A stretch of DNA of 64,000 bases from a virus, in IMG/VR virus record IMGVR_UViG_3300028377_000004, positions 63,575 to 127,574 of that record; one strand, written 5' to 3'. The position numbers were made by a program, and so were the translations under genes. Below are positions 28,130 to 36,593 of this stretch, piece by piece (positions within the stretch are counted from its first letter, which is position 1; each line of letters begins with the position of its first letter). The notes beneath the pieces were generated by a model. The model worked only from the letters and a program-made list of their open reading frames with translations, made no database searches and was not told the origin of the DNA.

Positions 28130-29848
28130 TTACATGTCCAAATATTGAGCGAGATTTTTAAGTAATTCTTTTCCCGAAAGAGGTTTAGGTTTAGCTCCAG
28201 GTTTTAATATGATCTCTTTTTCAAAACTCCACCTTCCATCCCCTAATGGGTTTCTAGGAGTTCCATAATGAATTAAAACATCGTCTACTTTTACCTTATA
28301 CCCTTGTATGGTATTTTTTATTTCCCATTCAGAAGGATCATTATATTTTGCTTGACTAAGCGGCTCCCCTCTTCTAACATCATAAAGATTTTTTATGAAA
28401 TCAGTAACCCTTCCCCTTTCAAGGGAGTCGTGCATAGAATAACCTCCGAAGTCCGTAGGAAAATTCCCTGAACTTTCCACTCTCCACATAATTGAGGAGG
28501 ACCCCATTGCCTTCCTATTTGCTGTATTCAATGCCTCTTTTAATTCGGGATGTAAGTTCTGCCAAATGTCTACAATCTCATCTTTAAGAGATCTGGAAGG
28601 AAATTCAGTCCAACGTGCTAAAGGTTCCCGAAGCGCCATCATGGCATGGTCATAAGGATCTTCCTCCATAAATTTCCAGGGGACTTCTCGACGTTGGTCA
28701 AAATAATCCATATTCATAGCCTCTTTAACATAACGAGAAGCTATTCTAGTTATTGAGGCTTTTATGAAGTCCCCGGGCACCGTAAAATGATCCACCGATT
28801 CCATAAAATTGGCGAAACTTTCAGGTACAGGTAGGATGGAAAATTCTTCTCCATCATCCAGCACCCCTTCCACCTGAGTCACCCCATTCTCATTCCTACC
28901 GAACTCTATCTCTACTTTTCGTTTATCATCAGAGAGCGCATCAATCTTCTTATTTAACTCTTTTCTCCTTTGTATTTCAGAAGGAGATTCTTCTTGTTTT
29001 TCATAAATATTTCCGGTTTTCAAATAGGAAGAGAAAATAAGATCAATCTGGTCGGAAGCTAAGGGCAATTCCACTTTTGCTTGTGACGAAATAGTCTGCA
29101 AAACCTGTTGAGCCTCCCACTCTTCAAGTCCAATCTTTATGAGAAGTCTGATAGCATGTTTCTGAGCTCTCTCTGGTCCGGTAGCGGTATCCTCAGCCAA
29201 CCCATTAGCCATGTCATCAATCATGGAGTTAAATCGTTCTAGCATCCTCTGAGGGATTTCCAAAGAATAACCCACTTCTTGAATAGCACTTGCAATAATA
29301 GAAGGTGTCACTTCTACCTTTGCCTCTCTAACAAGATCTCTCACAAATTTATGAGCATCTTCGACGGACAGGGATTGGCCTCTTAAATATTCAGACATTT
29401 CGTGTCTAATTTCCTTAGCCAGTATAGACTCTAGTCTTTGAGGGTCTATCGTGGGGAAAGGAGAAATCCCTTCCTTTATAAAGGTTTTTAACGATCTCTT
29501 AATACCTTCCACTAATTGTGAAGGTAAATTAATCATAAGAGCTTGCTTATTATAATAACGAGAAGCAACCCTGATAGCAGCTTCTTTATACTCTTTACCT
29601 TCGGAGATTTTCTTTACTATTTGCTCTATACGGCTTGAAGATTTTTTACCCTCAAAATAATTATCTTTTTTACAATGAGGACTATTGGGATACTTGTACT
29701 TACAGTACCTAGACCATGCTAAAGCGTATGCTTTCCCCTCATCATTGCCCTGTTCTAGATGCTCTTCCACATAGCGCTTGACTGTTTTGGGGACATTATC
29801 AGCGGTTTTGGATAGATATCGTAAAGCTATTTTCTTTGAGTTAGTCAT
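28130..29848 (-). CDS. Multidomain putative head-packaged protein: ChaB-like N-terminus, C-terminal ADP-ribosyltransferase-like domain
   Basis: VPKTVKRYVEE...KAYALAWSRY resembles ChaB; the C-terminus has an R-S-ExE pattern (MWRV, GYSM, FEKEI); three (R/K)(I/V)AxRY-x1-2-KxA motifs. Confidence 0.5.
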   Translation of the reverse strand: MTNSKKIALRYLSKTADNVPKTVKRYVEEHLEQGNDEGKAYALAWSRYCKYKYPNSPHCKKDNYFEGKKSSSRIEQIVKKISEGKEYKEAAIRVASRYYNKQALMINLPSQLVEGIKRSLKTFIKEGISPFPTIDPQRLESILAKEIRHEMSEYLRGQSLSVEDAHKFVRDLVREAKVEVTPSIIASAIQEVGYSLEIPQRMLERFNSMIDDMANGLAEDTATGPERAQKHAIRLLIKIGLEEWEAQQVLQTISSQAKVELPLASDQIDLIFSSYLKTGNIYEKQEESPSEIQRRKELNKKIDALSDDKRKVEIEFGRNENGVTQVEGVLDDGEEFSILPVPESFANFMESVDHFTVPGDFIKASITRIASRYVKEAMNMDYFDQRREVPWKFMEEDPYDHAMMALREPLARWTEFPSRSLKDEIVDIWQNLHPELKEALNTANRKAMGSSSIMWRVESSGNFPTDFGGYSMHDSLERGRVTDFIKNLYDVRRGEPLSQAKYNDPSEWEIKNTIQGYKVKVDDVLIHYGTPRNPLGDGRWSFEKEIILKPGAKPKPLSGKELLKNLAQYLDM

Positions 29849-29988
29849 AAATATCTCAGTAGGGGAGAAACTGTTTTAGTTCAATGTCCTTAAAAACAAA
29901 AACTTTAATAAAACTAGCGTCAAACAAAAAAAACTTCCTCCCCATTTACAAGGATAAGGAAGCCCGTTTCGATCTAATACTATAATAA

Positions 29989-30378
29989 TCAGATAGCGCC
30001 CAAATAAGTGAGAACTTTTCCGATCAGTTTTACTCCACTTTCATCCGAGGACACACTGAATGTTTTGGGAGCAACTGATACGGGAACCTCCCTAGATTCT
30101 TTCATGGAGAAATTGCTACCACGTTCTACGGTAGCAAAGATATGAGCTTTATCCTGTAAGTAGAAAAACTTAATGTTTAAATCTGGCATAACCAAATCAA
30201 CTTGCATACCTTGACTGGTTCTATTATGCTGAATGTCAACACCCGACTGAAAATGGCCAGGCAATTTTCTCAAACATAGTAGAGCAATGTCAGACAGATA
30301 TTCTTCCGCGACGGATTCTAAAGACCCATGTTGGAATAATAGATTTGCATATTTTCTAGCCATAACAATATTTCTCAC
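29989..30378 (-). CDS. Hypothetical protein (129 aa)
   Basis: ORF between the tube terminator and the 572-aa gene. Confidence 0.5.
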   Translation of the reverse strand: MRNIVMARKYANLLFQHGSLESVAEEYLSDIALLCLRKLPGHFQSGVDIQHNRTSQGMQVDLVMPDLNIKFFYLQDKAHIFATVERGSNFSMKESREVPVSVAPKTFSVSSDESGVKLIGKVLTYLGAI

Positions 30379-30380
30379 AT

Positions 30381-30412
30381 AAAAAACCCGCCCCCTTTTT
30401 AAAGAGGACGGG
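30381..30412 (-). terminator. Rho-independent terminator after the tail tube gene
   Basis: Minus strand CCCGTCCTCTTTAAAAAGGGGGCGGG followed by TTTTTT. Confidence 0.7.
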
Positions 30413-30424
30413 CCATTAAATCAT

Positions 30425-31093
30425 TTAAATAGTAGGGCTTCCTGTTCCTGACCCGAATCTGAAGGATCCTCCAGTAGAGTCAGAGAAAGGATTATTACCG
30501 GTAGACTCACTGTCAGAGCTTAACGACCCGTAAGTGCTTGTTCCGTCAATGATATCGGAAACCATTGCACTTACACTTTCAGCAACCATCGCACCATCTG
30601 CGGCGAAGTCATAGGAATAATCATTCAACCAGCAAGCCTCGAAGAACGTCAGAAGCGCTTCGTTGGCACCATCACTAGCAGGACTTACCTGCTTGGGGAC
30701 GTTAGCCTGTGTAGCGATTCTAGAGAACACAAGTTCTTGCTTGATATCAAAAGGCCACTGGTGATGCTTTAGAGAACGTACTAGACCGTCAACACCACCG
30801 GCGTATCCAAATCGTTGGTGAGCATTTGCTAAATAAAGCAACTGACGTTCAATGGAAAGGGAAATTGGATCCGTAACACCAGGAACCAACTCTGCTACTT
30901 GATCCCCATAACCAATACCACGAACGGCTTCAACCGATCGAGATTCAGATACAGAGAAAGACGACATAACGCCGACCTGAGAGAAAGTGCTGTTGTCATA
31001 AGACACCGAATAAATCTTGTTCTTTTGGGAAACTACAACCCTTGTGTTGGGCGTAGTACCTTTTCTATAAATATAGCTGTCGTTGTCTTGCAC
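30425..31093 (-). CDS. Tail tube protein
   Basis: QVGVMSSFSVSESRSVEAVRGIGYGDQVAELVPG...FDIKQE...FFEACWLNDYSYDFAADGAMVAESVSAMVSDI is a tube-fold pattern; GTG start with GGAGG RBS; followed by its own terminator. Confidence 0.8.
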   Translation of the reverse strand: MQDNDSYIYRKGTTPNTRVVVSQKNKIYSVSYDNSTFSQVGVMSSFSVSESRSVEAVRGIGYGDQVAELVPGVTDPISLSIERQLLYLANAHQRFGYAGGVDGLVRSLKHHQWPFDIKQELVFSRIATQANVPKQVSPASDGANEALLTFFEACWLNDYSYDFAADGAMVAESVSAMVSDIIDGTSTYGSLSSDSESTGNNPFSDSTGGSFRFGSGTGSPTI

Positions 31094-31161
31094 AGCGAGC
31101 CTCCGGTAAAGAGTTAAGTTGGTGAGGGTATATTACTATCTATTATGAAAGGATTATTAAA

Positions 31162-32493
31162 TTACTTCAGTGAATCCAGTACAGATCGTAAATGCTCTCG
31201 AAGTTCGGGATTAGTATGTCCCAAATGAATCAGTGAGCCTCGCAAGCTATTGAGATTGCCTCTTGCTTCATCGCGATCTTCAATGACGTGGGGAGCTTGA
31301 TGAGGAGCAGGAGAGCCCCCTAAATCGCCATGTCCTCCTTCATATTGTTCGACTCGGGGAGCTTTCATATCCACTCTTTGATCCCAAGTATCGAACTCAC
31401 CTTGGGTAAAATACCCAGGCTCATTGGCAGGTTGCATGGATTCTTTATATTCAGGGAAGTCGCGAGGTCCGTTAAGAGAAGGTTCCACATCATGATATTT
31501 AGGATCATATCCTGTGTCGGTCACTCCTTCCATGGGGGAAGGAACTCCTACCCCTGGTTCTGCTACCCTGTCGTTTCTACTCTCTTCCCAATCTGTATCT
31601 TTCAGACGGTATTGGTCTGGTGAGATATCATAAGCTTCGACATAAGGGTCATCCTCAAGCCCATCTCCATCCCCGAAATCTAACCAGTCTACTTCACCTA
31701 CGTCCTCTCTTACATCTTCGCTGTTACGAGAAGGATACCAAGTTTCGTTTTTGGATTGGTCGCCCCAAAAATCATCATGTTCTTTTTCAATTTCATGGAG
31801 GGGTCTATCAGCTACATGAGTGGAAGCTGATTTTCGTCCGGGATAGAACGTTTGGTTTTTGGATTGATCCCCATAAAGACCATCCATCTCTTTTTCTACA
31901 TCTTCCAGAGACATATCATACCATGAAGAACCTTCTACTGTTGCTCCAGGTTGTTCAGAGGCAGCCTGTCTACGAAAAGAATTACGGGAAGGATACCAGG
32001 TATCGTTCTTGGACTGATCCCCATAAAGTTCGTCCATTTCCCTTTCCACTTCTTCCAAAGTCATATGAGAAGAAGCATTTTTTCTGCCTGGATAAAATGT
32101 CTCGTTTTTAGACTGGTCTCCATAGGTCTTATCCATGACCTTTTCTGCTTGCTCCAGCGTAAGAGCAGACCAGTGAGGGACTTTAACGGAAGCATTTCTA
32201 TTCTTCCGGTTAAAATAGTACGTTTCGTTTTTGGACTGATCCCCATAAATAGCATCGACTTCTTTCTCAACTTTTTCTAGGGTCAGATCTGTAGACTTGG
32301 TAGAAAGAATAGAAGCCAACTTTCTTCGGAGGCGAAGTTTACCTTGGGGAGAAGCTACTTTTTCCGCAAATAAGATAAGAGACGCGATCTTTCTTTTGAC
32401 ACGGCTCTCTCTCTTTTGATTGGTAATTTGTAAAGAAGAAACTTTGGATTCCATTTCGGAGATCCAAATGTCAAGTTCATTTTTATAAGACAT
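31162..32493 (-). CDS. Repeat-containing putative internal head protein (5 x GDQSKN repeat, C-terminal LIHLGHTNPELR motif)
   Basis: Five ~35-aa repeats TLExVEKEMDxxYGDQSKNETxYPxR; start reassigned to MSYK (32493) with AGAGG RBS. Confidence 0.6.
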   Translation of the reverse strand: MSYKNELDIWISEMESKVSSLQITNQKRESRVKRKIASLILFAEKVASPQGKLRLRRKLASILSTKSTDLTLEKVEKEVDAIYGDQSKNETYYFNRKNRNASVKVPHWSALTLEQAEKVMDKTYGDQSKNETFYPGRKNASSHMTLEEVEREMDELYGDQSKNDTWYPSRNSFRRQAASEQPGATVEGSSWYDMSLEDVEKEMDGLYGDQSKNQTFYPGRKSASTHVADRPLHEIEKEHDDFWGDQSKNETWYPSRNSEDVREDVGEVDWLDFGDGDGLEDDPYVEAYDISPDQYRLKDTDWEESRNDRVAEPGVGVPSPMEGVTDTGYDPKYHDVEPSLNGPRDFPEYKESMQPANEPGYFTQGEFDTWDQRVDMKAPRVEQYEGGHGDLGGSPAPHQAPHVIEDRDEARGNLNSLRGSLIHLGHTNPELREHLRSVLDSLK

Positions 32494-32635
32494 GATATGA
32501 TAACCTCTAAGGAGGGGCATAGAAGGGTAAAGAATAATTTTAGACCCAACCAAGGACCGTTGGTTTAACTATCCTGGTAGGATATAAAAAGATCCTTGCC
32601 TTCTTAGTGATTACCCCCGTAATTTTAGAGGTTTT

Positions 32636-33148
32636 TTATCCTTCTGCTACGGGTTCTGCCCATTCAGATCGATAGGTCGATCTATAGGTTCTAAACCTTC
32701 GCAAGTAAACACAAGCAGAGTCAGATTCGTCTACACAGACTGCATCCCCGAAAGAGGTGTTACCCTCCATCCGGTCCAAAATTTCCTGAAAAGCTACGGG
32801 ACCTGTTTTATGGAGAACAGCTATTCTCTCTACATTCCAATTGTGGAGAAAAGAATATCTCTGCATATACCAATAAAAAATCTGGATTGATCTTGGACCA
32901 TCTCCGATAAGAGTAGACGCGGGTTCAACGGGTTGTCCTGCATAAACCAGTGCATCTTCCATATAGTCGTTGGAAATTTGTAAAAGACCGTGGTATCTTG
33001 AACCGGGTCTACGAGCTTCATCACATCCGGTAGACTCGACATGAATGATAGCCATCATTTCGTAAGGCTCGATTTCTTCTATATATTCAACTTCGGTTCC
33101 CCAGGATAAAACCTGCATAGAGAACATTATAGCCATTATCAAATTCAT
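32636..33148 (-). CDS. Lytic transglycosylase (SLT family), probable endolysin with hydrophobic N-terminus
   Basis: MMAIIHVESTG (catalytic Glu) and YHGLLQIS; N-terminal MNLIMAIMFSMQVLSWG resembles a signal or SAR segment. Confidence 0.7.
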   Translation of the reverse strand: MNLIMAIMFSMQVLSWGTEVEYIEEIEPYEMMAIIHVESTGCDEARRPGSRYHGLLQISNDYMEDALVYAGQPVEPASTLIGDGPRSIQIFYWYMQRYSFLHNWNVERIAVLHKTGPVAFQEILDRMEGNTSFGDAVCVDESDSACVYLRRFRTYRSTYRSEWAEPVAEG

Positions 33149-34032
33149 TACTTCTTCCTCTTTTTACTTATTATCAGTTTAGTATTTTTCCAAATTACTT
33201 CTAGGGATAGAGAAGTTCCTTCCATAGTTTCCCCCTTAGTAGGACTAACAGTTGGGTATAATAGAATGTTAGGATCTTTGCAACTTAACCATCCAACCCC
33301 TTGTTTCCCCTTTATAGAGAACTCATCTGCATTCAAAGATCGTCCCAATTCTTGCAGATCAAAAGAAACAAATGAAGATTTTCTAAAGATAACGGGACGT
33401 TCTAATCCTTGGGATGAGGGTGATAACCAAATGCCACAGAGAAATCCATGTTTATAAAACTCTCCCCACCTAGGAGTCTCAGAGCGATACATCGCTAGGG
33501 GACCTTCTTCTTTTAGAAAGGTTATTTCTCCGTTTTCTTCCTCCTCCATATCAAAAGAGAGAATGCCAAAGGAAAGATAAGACTCAATAATGGTAGATGC
33601 ATTTCCTAAACGACGAAGTTGTGCTTCTAACGTATCTTTATTATTTCCCACCTCTTCCAGTGTTTTTATCACTTCTTGAATGATCTGCAAGTGAACTTTA
33701 GGGATATGAGCATGAGACACGTCTGCCCATTTATGAAAAAGATCAAAAGAACTAATAAGGGATAAACATTCTTGTGTCAATACCAATGACGGATCGGTGA
33801 ATAATGCTGCGGCAAAAGCATGATTAGGAGTGCTGATTCCATTAATAATCATCTCTGGCGGGAATGTAGACCCTAAACAGATTCGTTCGTAAAACAATCG
33901 GAGGGCCGTTCCTTGGATACTGTCTTCAAAAGTAAAATTAGTTGAGTCATTTTGACCAGTTAGAGTCATAAAGCAGACCGCTCCTTTTTTACTGCCCCGA
34001 AACCCGTGGATAATACGAATATGACGTTCCAT
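33148..34032 (-). CDS. Hypothetical protein, possibly a degenerate DHH-like fold (294 aa)
   Basis: Weak resemblance only (ALRLFYERICLG; RKSSFVSFDL..L...LN..E...GW); no intact DHH motif. Confidence 0.3.
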   Translation of the reverse strand: MERHIRIIHGFRGSKKGAVCFMTLTGQNDSTNFTFEDSIQGTALRLFYERICLGSTFPPEMIINGISTPNHAFAAALFTDPSLVLTQECLSLISSFDLFHKWADVSHAHIPKVHLQIIQEVIKTLEEVGNNKDTLEAQLRRLGNASTIIESYLSFGILSFDMEEEENGEITFLKEEGPLAMYRSETPRWGEFYKHGFLCGIWLSPSSQGLERPVIFRKSSFVSFDLQELGRSLNADEFSIKGKQGVGWLSCKDPNILLYPTVSPTKGETMEGTSLSLEVIWKNTKLIISKKRKK

Positions 34033-34203
34033 TATAACGATCCTTTTTACGAAATGAACTTAAACGCTGGCGATATGGTTATTTTTAGTATGAAAACGCC
34101 GCGTTTTGAGCGTCAACGTCGGTATTCTCTTAGTGTAACGCCTAAGTGAGCCAAAGAGTTCCATAATCTTATCCTTTACTTAACCCAATGACGGAGATAT
34201 TTC

Positions 34204-35166
34204 GTGAAAAAGTGGACAAAAGAGAAAATTCAAAAAGCAGTAGAAATTCTGCAAAATAATACAGATTATCAAAAAGCTCTGGATGAATTAGGTGAGACAC
34301 CAGATGCTCTATATAACGGTTTCAAACGGCAGGGAATGTCAAGCCCAACCGAATACCTAGCAGATGATAACGAGGATGTCCAGAGAAGACAGAGCTTGAC
34401 AAAGCCTAAAACAAGTAGTGGCATTAAGACGATGGTAATCTTTAATGATGTCCATATTCCTTTTCATAACGAAGCAGCGTGTAGAAACGTACTTCGATTT
34501 TGCAAAGACATGCAGCCTGATAATATCGTCATTAACGGCGACCTTCTCGACTGCTATTCTCTTTCCTCTTTTCCTAAAGCACCAGGTATGCCCGATTTAC
34601 AAGGGGAGCTTGATATTGCAGCAGAAATGCTCCATGAGCTTAGGAATAACAACCCTACTGCCACTATTGATTATCTGGAAGGCAATCATGAAGAGAGACT
34701 AAAAAGAGTTGTACTGGAAAAGAGAGCTTTCTTTGGTCTCAAAGCCTTAACAATTCCTTCTCTTCTTGACCTAGACTCACTGGACATTGCCTATCATGCG
34801 TATAAGCATCCCGTTGATTTTAATGGAAAGGTACTGTCTATTGTACATGGTCATAGAGTTCGTAAACATGCAGGTTCTACTGCCAAAGCGCAATTGGTTG
34901 ACAGTGGTTTCTGGAACGTAATCATCGGACACACTCACCGGATGGGATCTTATTTCCATAGTGGACATTATGGTAGAAGAAGGGCCTATGAGAACGGCGG
35001 GCTTTTCTGTAAAGAGAAACTGGAGTATATTGTTGAACCAAATTGGCAGAATGGCTTCTGCGTCGTATATTTGATGGAAGATGATCCTGATTTTATTCAG
35101 ATCATTCCCATCGAAATGACGGATGAGGGTTCCTTCATCTGGAAAGGAATGCTTTACGAGAGCTAA
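34204..35166 (+). CDS. Calcineurin-like metallophosphoesterase
   Basis: Motifs NDVH, NGDLLD, LEGNHE, VHGH and IGHTHR all present; GGAG RBS with GTG start. Confidence 0.9.
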   Translation: MKKWTKEKIQKAVEILQNNTDYQKALDELGETPDALYNGFKRQGMSSPTEYLADDNEDVQRRQSLTKPKTSSGIKTMVIFNDVHIPFHNEAACRNVLRFCKDMQPDNIVINGDLLDCYSLSSFPKAPGMPDLQGELDIAAEMLHELRNNNPTATIDYLEGNHEERLKRVVLEKRAFFGLKALTIPSLLDLDSLDIAYHAYKHPVDFNGKVLSIVHGHRVRKHAGSTAKAQLVDSGFWNVIIGHTHRMGSYFHSGHYGRRRAYENGGLFCKEKLEYIVEPNWQNGFCVVYLMEDDPDFIQIIPIEMTDEGSFIWKGMLYES

Positions 35167-35184
35167 TTAGTAAGAAACTAATCT

Positions 35185-35222
35185 AAAAGCCCCAGCTCCC
35201 TATTAGTGGGTTGGGGTTTTTT
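35185..35222 (+). terminator. Rho-independent terminator
   Basis: AAAAGCCCCAGCTC..GGGTTGGGGTTTTTT hairpin right after the stop codon. Confidence 0.6.
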
Positions 35223-35236
35223 CATGGAGAATACAC

Positions 35237-35881
35237 ATGTCTTATAATGAAACGAAAAAAATAGAGCACTTTCAAAATAGGGTCGATGAGGATCCTGAGA
35301 ATGGTAAAAAAAGAGCGGAACTTATCTGCGTCCTATTGGCAGAAGGTCTGAGATCCGAAGCTATTGAGGCTATCAATCTTGCCTGTCAAGAACTCCCTAA
35401 GAAGTTACGACTTCCCGAGTTTTTCCACAAACCTGTGATCGCGGAGCTTGGAAAAATGGGAGAGGTTGAGCCGATCGAAATGCTTTGTGTTGATCTGGAA
35501 ACTCATTATGATCCTGACGATGACGAGACGATCAAACGAATGATCCGTAAGGGAAGGAAATTCATTTCAGAAAAATATGATTTTTTTCCACCCAAGATCA
35601 ATGAAGAAGATTGGTGGCGGGGAGGGCCAAGGCTTCTGGACGAGTCAGAAATAGTAGCATGGTTAGCGGGGAATATAACCTTTAGAGAGGACACAGTAGG
35701 GCTTCAACTGGCTTCATTAGATGATAAGAACTGTCTGGAAGGAGAGTTTCTAGAAATGGACCTAGATGATTTTCAGAGGGCCTTTAAAGAACCTTTGAAT
35801 TTGTCTAAAGCACCTAAGAAAGCTATCATCGAATTCGGGGTCTTGCCTGACGATTCATTTATCATCAAAATCTACACATAA
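35237..35881 (+). CDS. Hypothetical protein (214 aa)
   Basis: GGAG RBS; ORF precedes the kinase gene. Confidence 0.6.
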   Translation: MSYNETKKIEHFQNRVDEDPENGKKRAELICVLLAEGLRSEAIEAINLACQELPKKLRLPEFFHKPVIAELGKMGEVEPIEMLCVDLETHYDPDDDETIKRMIRKGRKFISEKYDFFPPKINEEDWWRGGPRLLDESEIVAWLAGNITFREDTVGLQLASLDDKNCLEGEFLEMDLDDFQRAFKEPLNLSKAPKKAIIEFGVLPDDSFIIKIYT

Positions 35882-35891
35882 GGAAGTAACA

Positions 35892-36593
35892 ATGCATATC
35901 ATCATTATCGAAGGAGTCGACGGCACGGGAAAAAGCACTTTTGCTAAACTATTACAGGAAAAGAGAGAAGGAGTTATCTTAAAATTCCCCCCTTCCCTAC
36001 CCGAACCCTCAGATCTTTCCGATCCGGTAACGGAATCCCTTTTCTACATTAATGGGATGGCTTCCTGCCCATACTTTAGGAGAAGTGAAGAAGACCTTCT
36101 CTTTTCCCCTTATGCCCGAGAAAGTAACTTGATATGTGACCGCTCTTTTATTACCACCATGGTCTATCAGGGGTATGTAGAAGAAAGTACCGAAAGGAGT
36201 TTCTTTTTTGATCCTATCTTTCGTATAGGATCCGCAGCGTTATTTTCTAGGTTTAAGAAGACCTTTGACGTTACTTTCGTAAAACTTCACTGTGAACTAG
36301 AAGAATCATTGCGAAGAATGGACATAAGGAATTCAATAAAAGAAGAGAAAGACCTTGATAGGGTAGACCGACTTTCCTTAAAAGAAAAACGATCTAAACT
36401 AGAAACCCTGTCTTCCCGATTTGAAGATGCTCTTTCTTATATGAAAGAGGAAACCCAAAACACTCTAGATAGGTATCAGCCCCATTTACAAACGTTGAAT
36501 TTCCTGGAAGTGGATACCACTAATTCAACGCCAGAAGAAGCAGTAGAATCTATTCTTCATCATCCGCATCCTCATCATCATCTTCTTAGGTAG
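35892..36593 (+). CDS. tmk: Thymidylate/dNMP kinase-like P-loop protein
   Basis: IIIEGVDGTGKST P-loop and ICDRSFITTMVYQG, the dTMP kinase DR..S...YQG motif. Confidence 0.8.
   Translation: MHIIIIEGVDGTGKSTFAKLLQEKREGVILKFPPSLPEPSDLSDPVTESLFYINGMASCPYFRRSEEDLLFSPYARESNLICDRSFITTMVYQGYVEESTERSFFFDPIFRIGSAALFSRFKKTFDVTFVKLHCELEESLRRMDIRNSIKEEKDLDRVDRLSLKEKRSKLETLSSRFEDALSYMKEETQNTLDRYQPHLQTLNFLEVDTTNSTPEEAVESILHHPHPHHHLLR

Noticed and set aside
1-31093. Extracellular contractile injection system or tailocin in a bacterial chromosome
   Set aside because: The module is contiguous with phage-type replication and nucleotide genes, a tRNA and dense small ORFs, with no bacterial housekeeping context
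31740-32250. Regularly spaced DNA repeats resembling a CRISPR array
   Set aside because: The repeats are degenerate at third codon positions and encode the GDQSKN protein repeat; no cas genes were seen
36560-36593. His-rich C-terminus (HHPHPHHH) of the kinase as a metal-binding tag
   Set aside because: It lies in the convergent overlap with the acidic end of the opposite gene and is best explained as a by-product of that overlap
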